Below are positions 49,316 to 50,043 of a stretch of DNA of 50,043 nucleotides, piece by piece. The stretch is from positions 1 through 50,043 of the IMG/VR virus record IMGVR_UViG_3300049175_000049. One strand, given 5' to 3'. Below the pieces are notes generated by a model, which did no database searches, was not told the DNA's origin, and saw only the letters and a list, made by a program, of their open reading frames with translations. The number at the start of each line of letters is the position of its first letter. Positions within the stretch are counted from its first letter, which is position 1. Source of the DNA: a virus. Its lineage: Duplodnaviria > Caudoviricetes. A program made the position numbers and the translations under genes.

Positions 49316-49750
49316 TTAGAATTTAAATCTAATCTTTATTCCAAATCTTTTCCTTTTCTTTTTCTTAGGCTTTATATAATGATTATAAACATTATAATGA
49401 TAATTAGTTTTAAAGTAATTCTCAATATACTTTTCATAATTATTATAATTTTTAATTTTAATAGTACTATTTTCTTTTCCATATTTCTTTATGGTATTAA
49501 AAGAATTATTGCTTTCAACACAGGAATTATCATTAAAGATATCTCGTACACTTCTGCGAGAACGTGATCTCTGTTTAAAGCTTGGGATAGGCTTTCTTTT
49601 CTTTACAGAGGTACGGTAAGAACCGGTATCATCCTTGTTGTAGCCTCCACAATTATCACAAAGAGCAAGTTCTTTAACTGCACTAAGAGTGGTAGTAGAG
49701 AATACAAAAAGTATAGCATATGCATAAAAATTCCTCATAATTATCTCCAT
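49316..49750 (-). CDS. basic hypothetical protein with signal-peptide-like N-terminus
   Basis: MRNFYAYAILFVFSTTTLSA, CDNC, poly-Lys/Arg tracts. Confidence 0.55.
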   Translation of the reverse strand: MEIIMRNFYAYAILFVFSTTTLSAVKELALCDNCGGYNKDDTGSYRTSVKKRKPIPSFKQRSRSRRSVRDIFNDNSCVESNNSFNTIKKYGKENSTIKIKNYNNYEKYIENYFKTNYHYNVYNHYIKPKKKKRKRFGIKIRFKF

Positions 49751-50043
49751 GTAGAGAGGGGAAGCAAATAGTGTGTTAAATTGTGAGTGAATTTTATCCC
49801 AGATATTTATAGAATATCACAACATGCAGAAAAATGCAAATAGGAGAAAGTTAATTGCAGAAATCCTAAGAAATCTGCATTAAGAATAAATTAATTGCAG
49901 TTAAATACTAATCTATAATATCTAATAAGGTTTCTATTCTGTATCTCATATTCCTAAATTCTTGAGAATCAAGAAATTCAAAAATAGAAGTACTTTCTTC
50001 TTTTCTTTTTTGAATAATTTGAAACTCATTATGAGTTAACATC

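Noticed and set aside
49880-49894. TTAA-N7-TTAA CtrA-like box
   Set aside because: A single occurrence is expected by chance in very AT-rich DNA
1-50043. Stop-codon reassignment
   Set aside because: The standard code gives dense, full-length genes; no suppressor tRNA seen

Overview
This window looks like a complete or nearly complete ~50 kb AT-rich podovirus-like phage genome. It is probably circular, and most genes are on the minus strand. Recognisable modules are portal, GroES-like co-chaperonin, scaffold, major capsid, three paralogous repeat-rich fibre genes, tail/ejection proteins, a GH108 endolysin, RecT-like, SSB and VRR-NUC genes, two canonical tRNAs and one tRNA-like element. The standout feature is the large terminase, which is broken into two separate genes (2925-3764 and 47983-49197). 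Each carries half of a naturally split intein, and predicted trans-splicing rebuilds the Walker B motif (GEGGSVKV|CDDP). No integrase or DNA polymerase is recognisable. Instead there is a plasmid-type RepA beside a DnaA-box origin, which suggests a phage-plasmid. Phage copies of MucR/Ros and an LdtR-like MarR regulator point to an alphaproteobacterial host, possibly a low-GC endosymbiont (inference). Late genes share a CAGGGA(G) ribosome-binding motif, and candidate small RNAs display its complement. All family assignments come from motif recognition by eye; no database searches were run.
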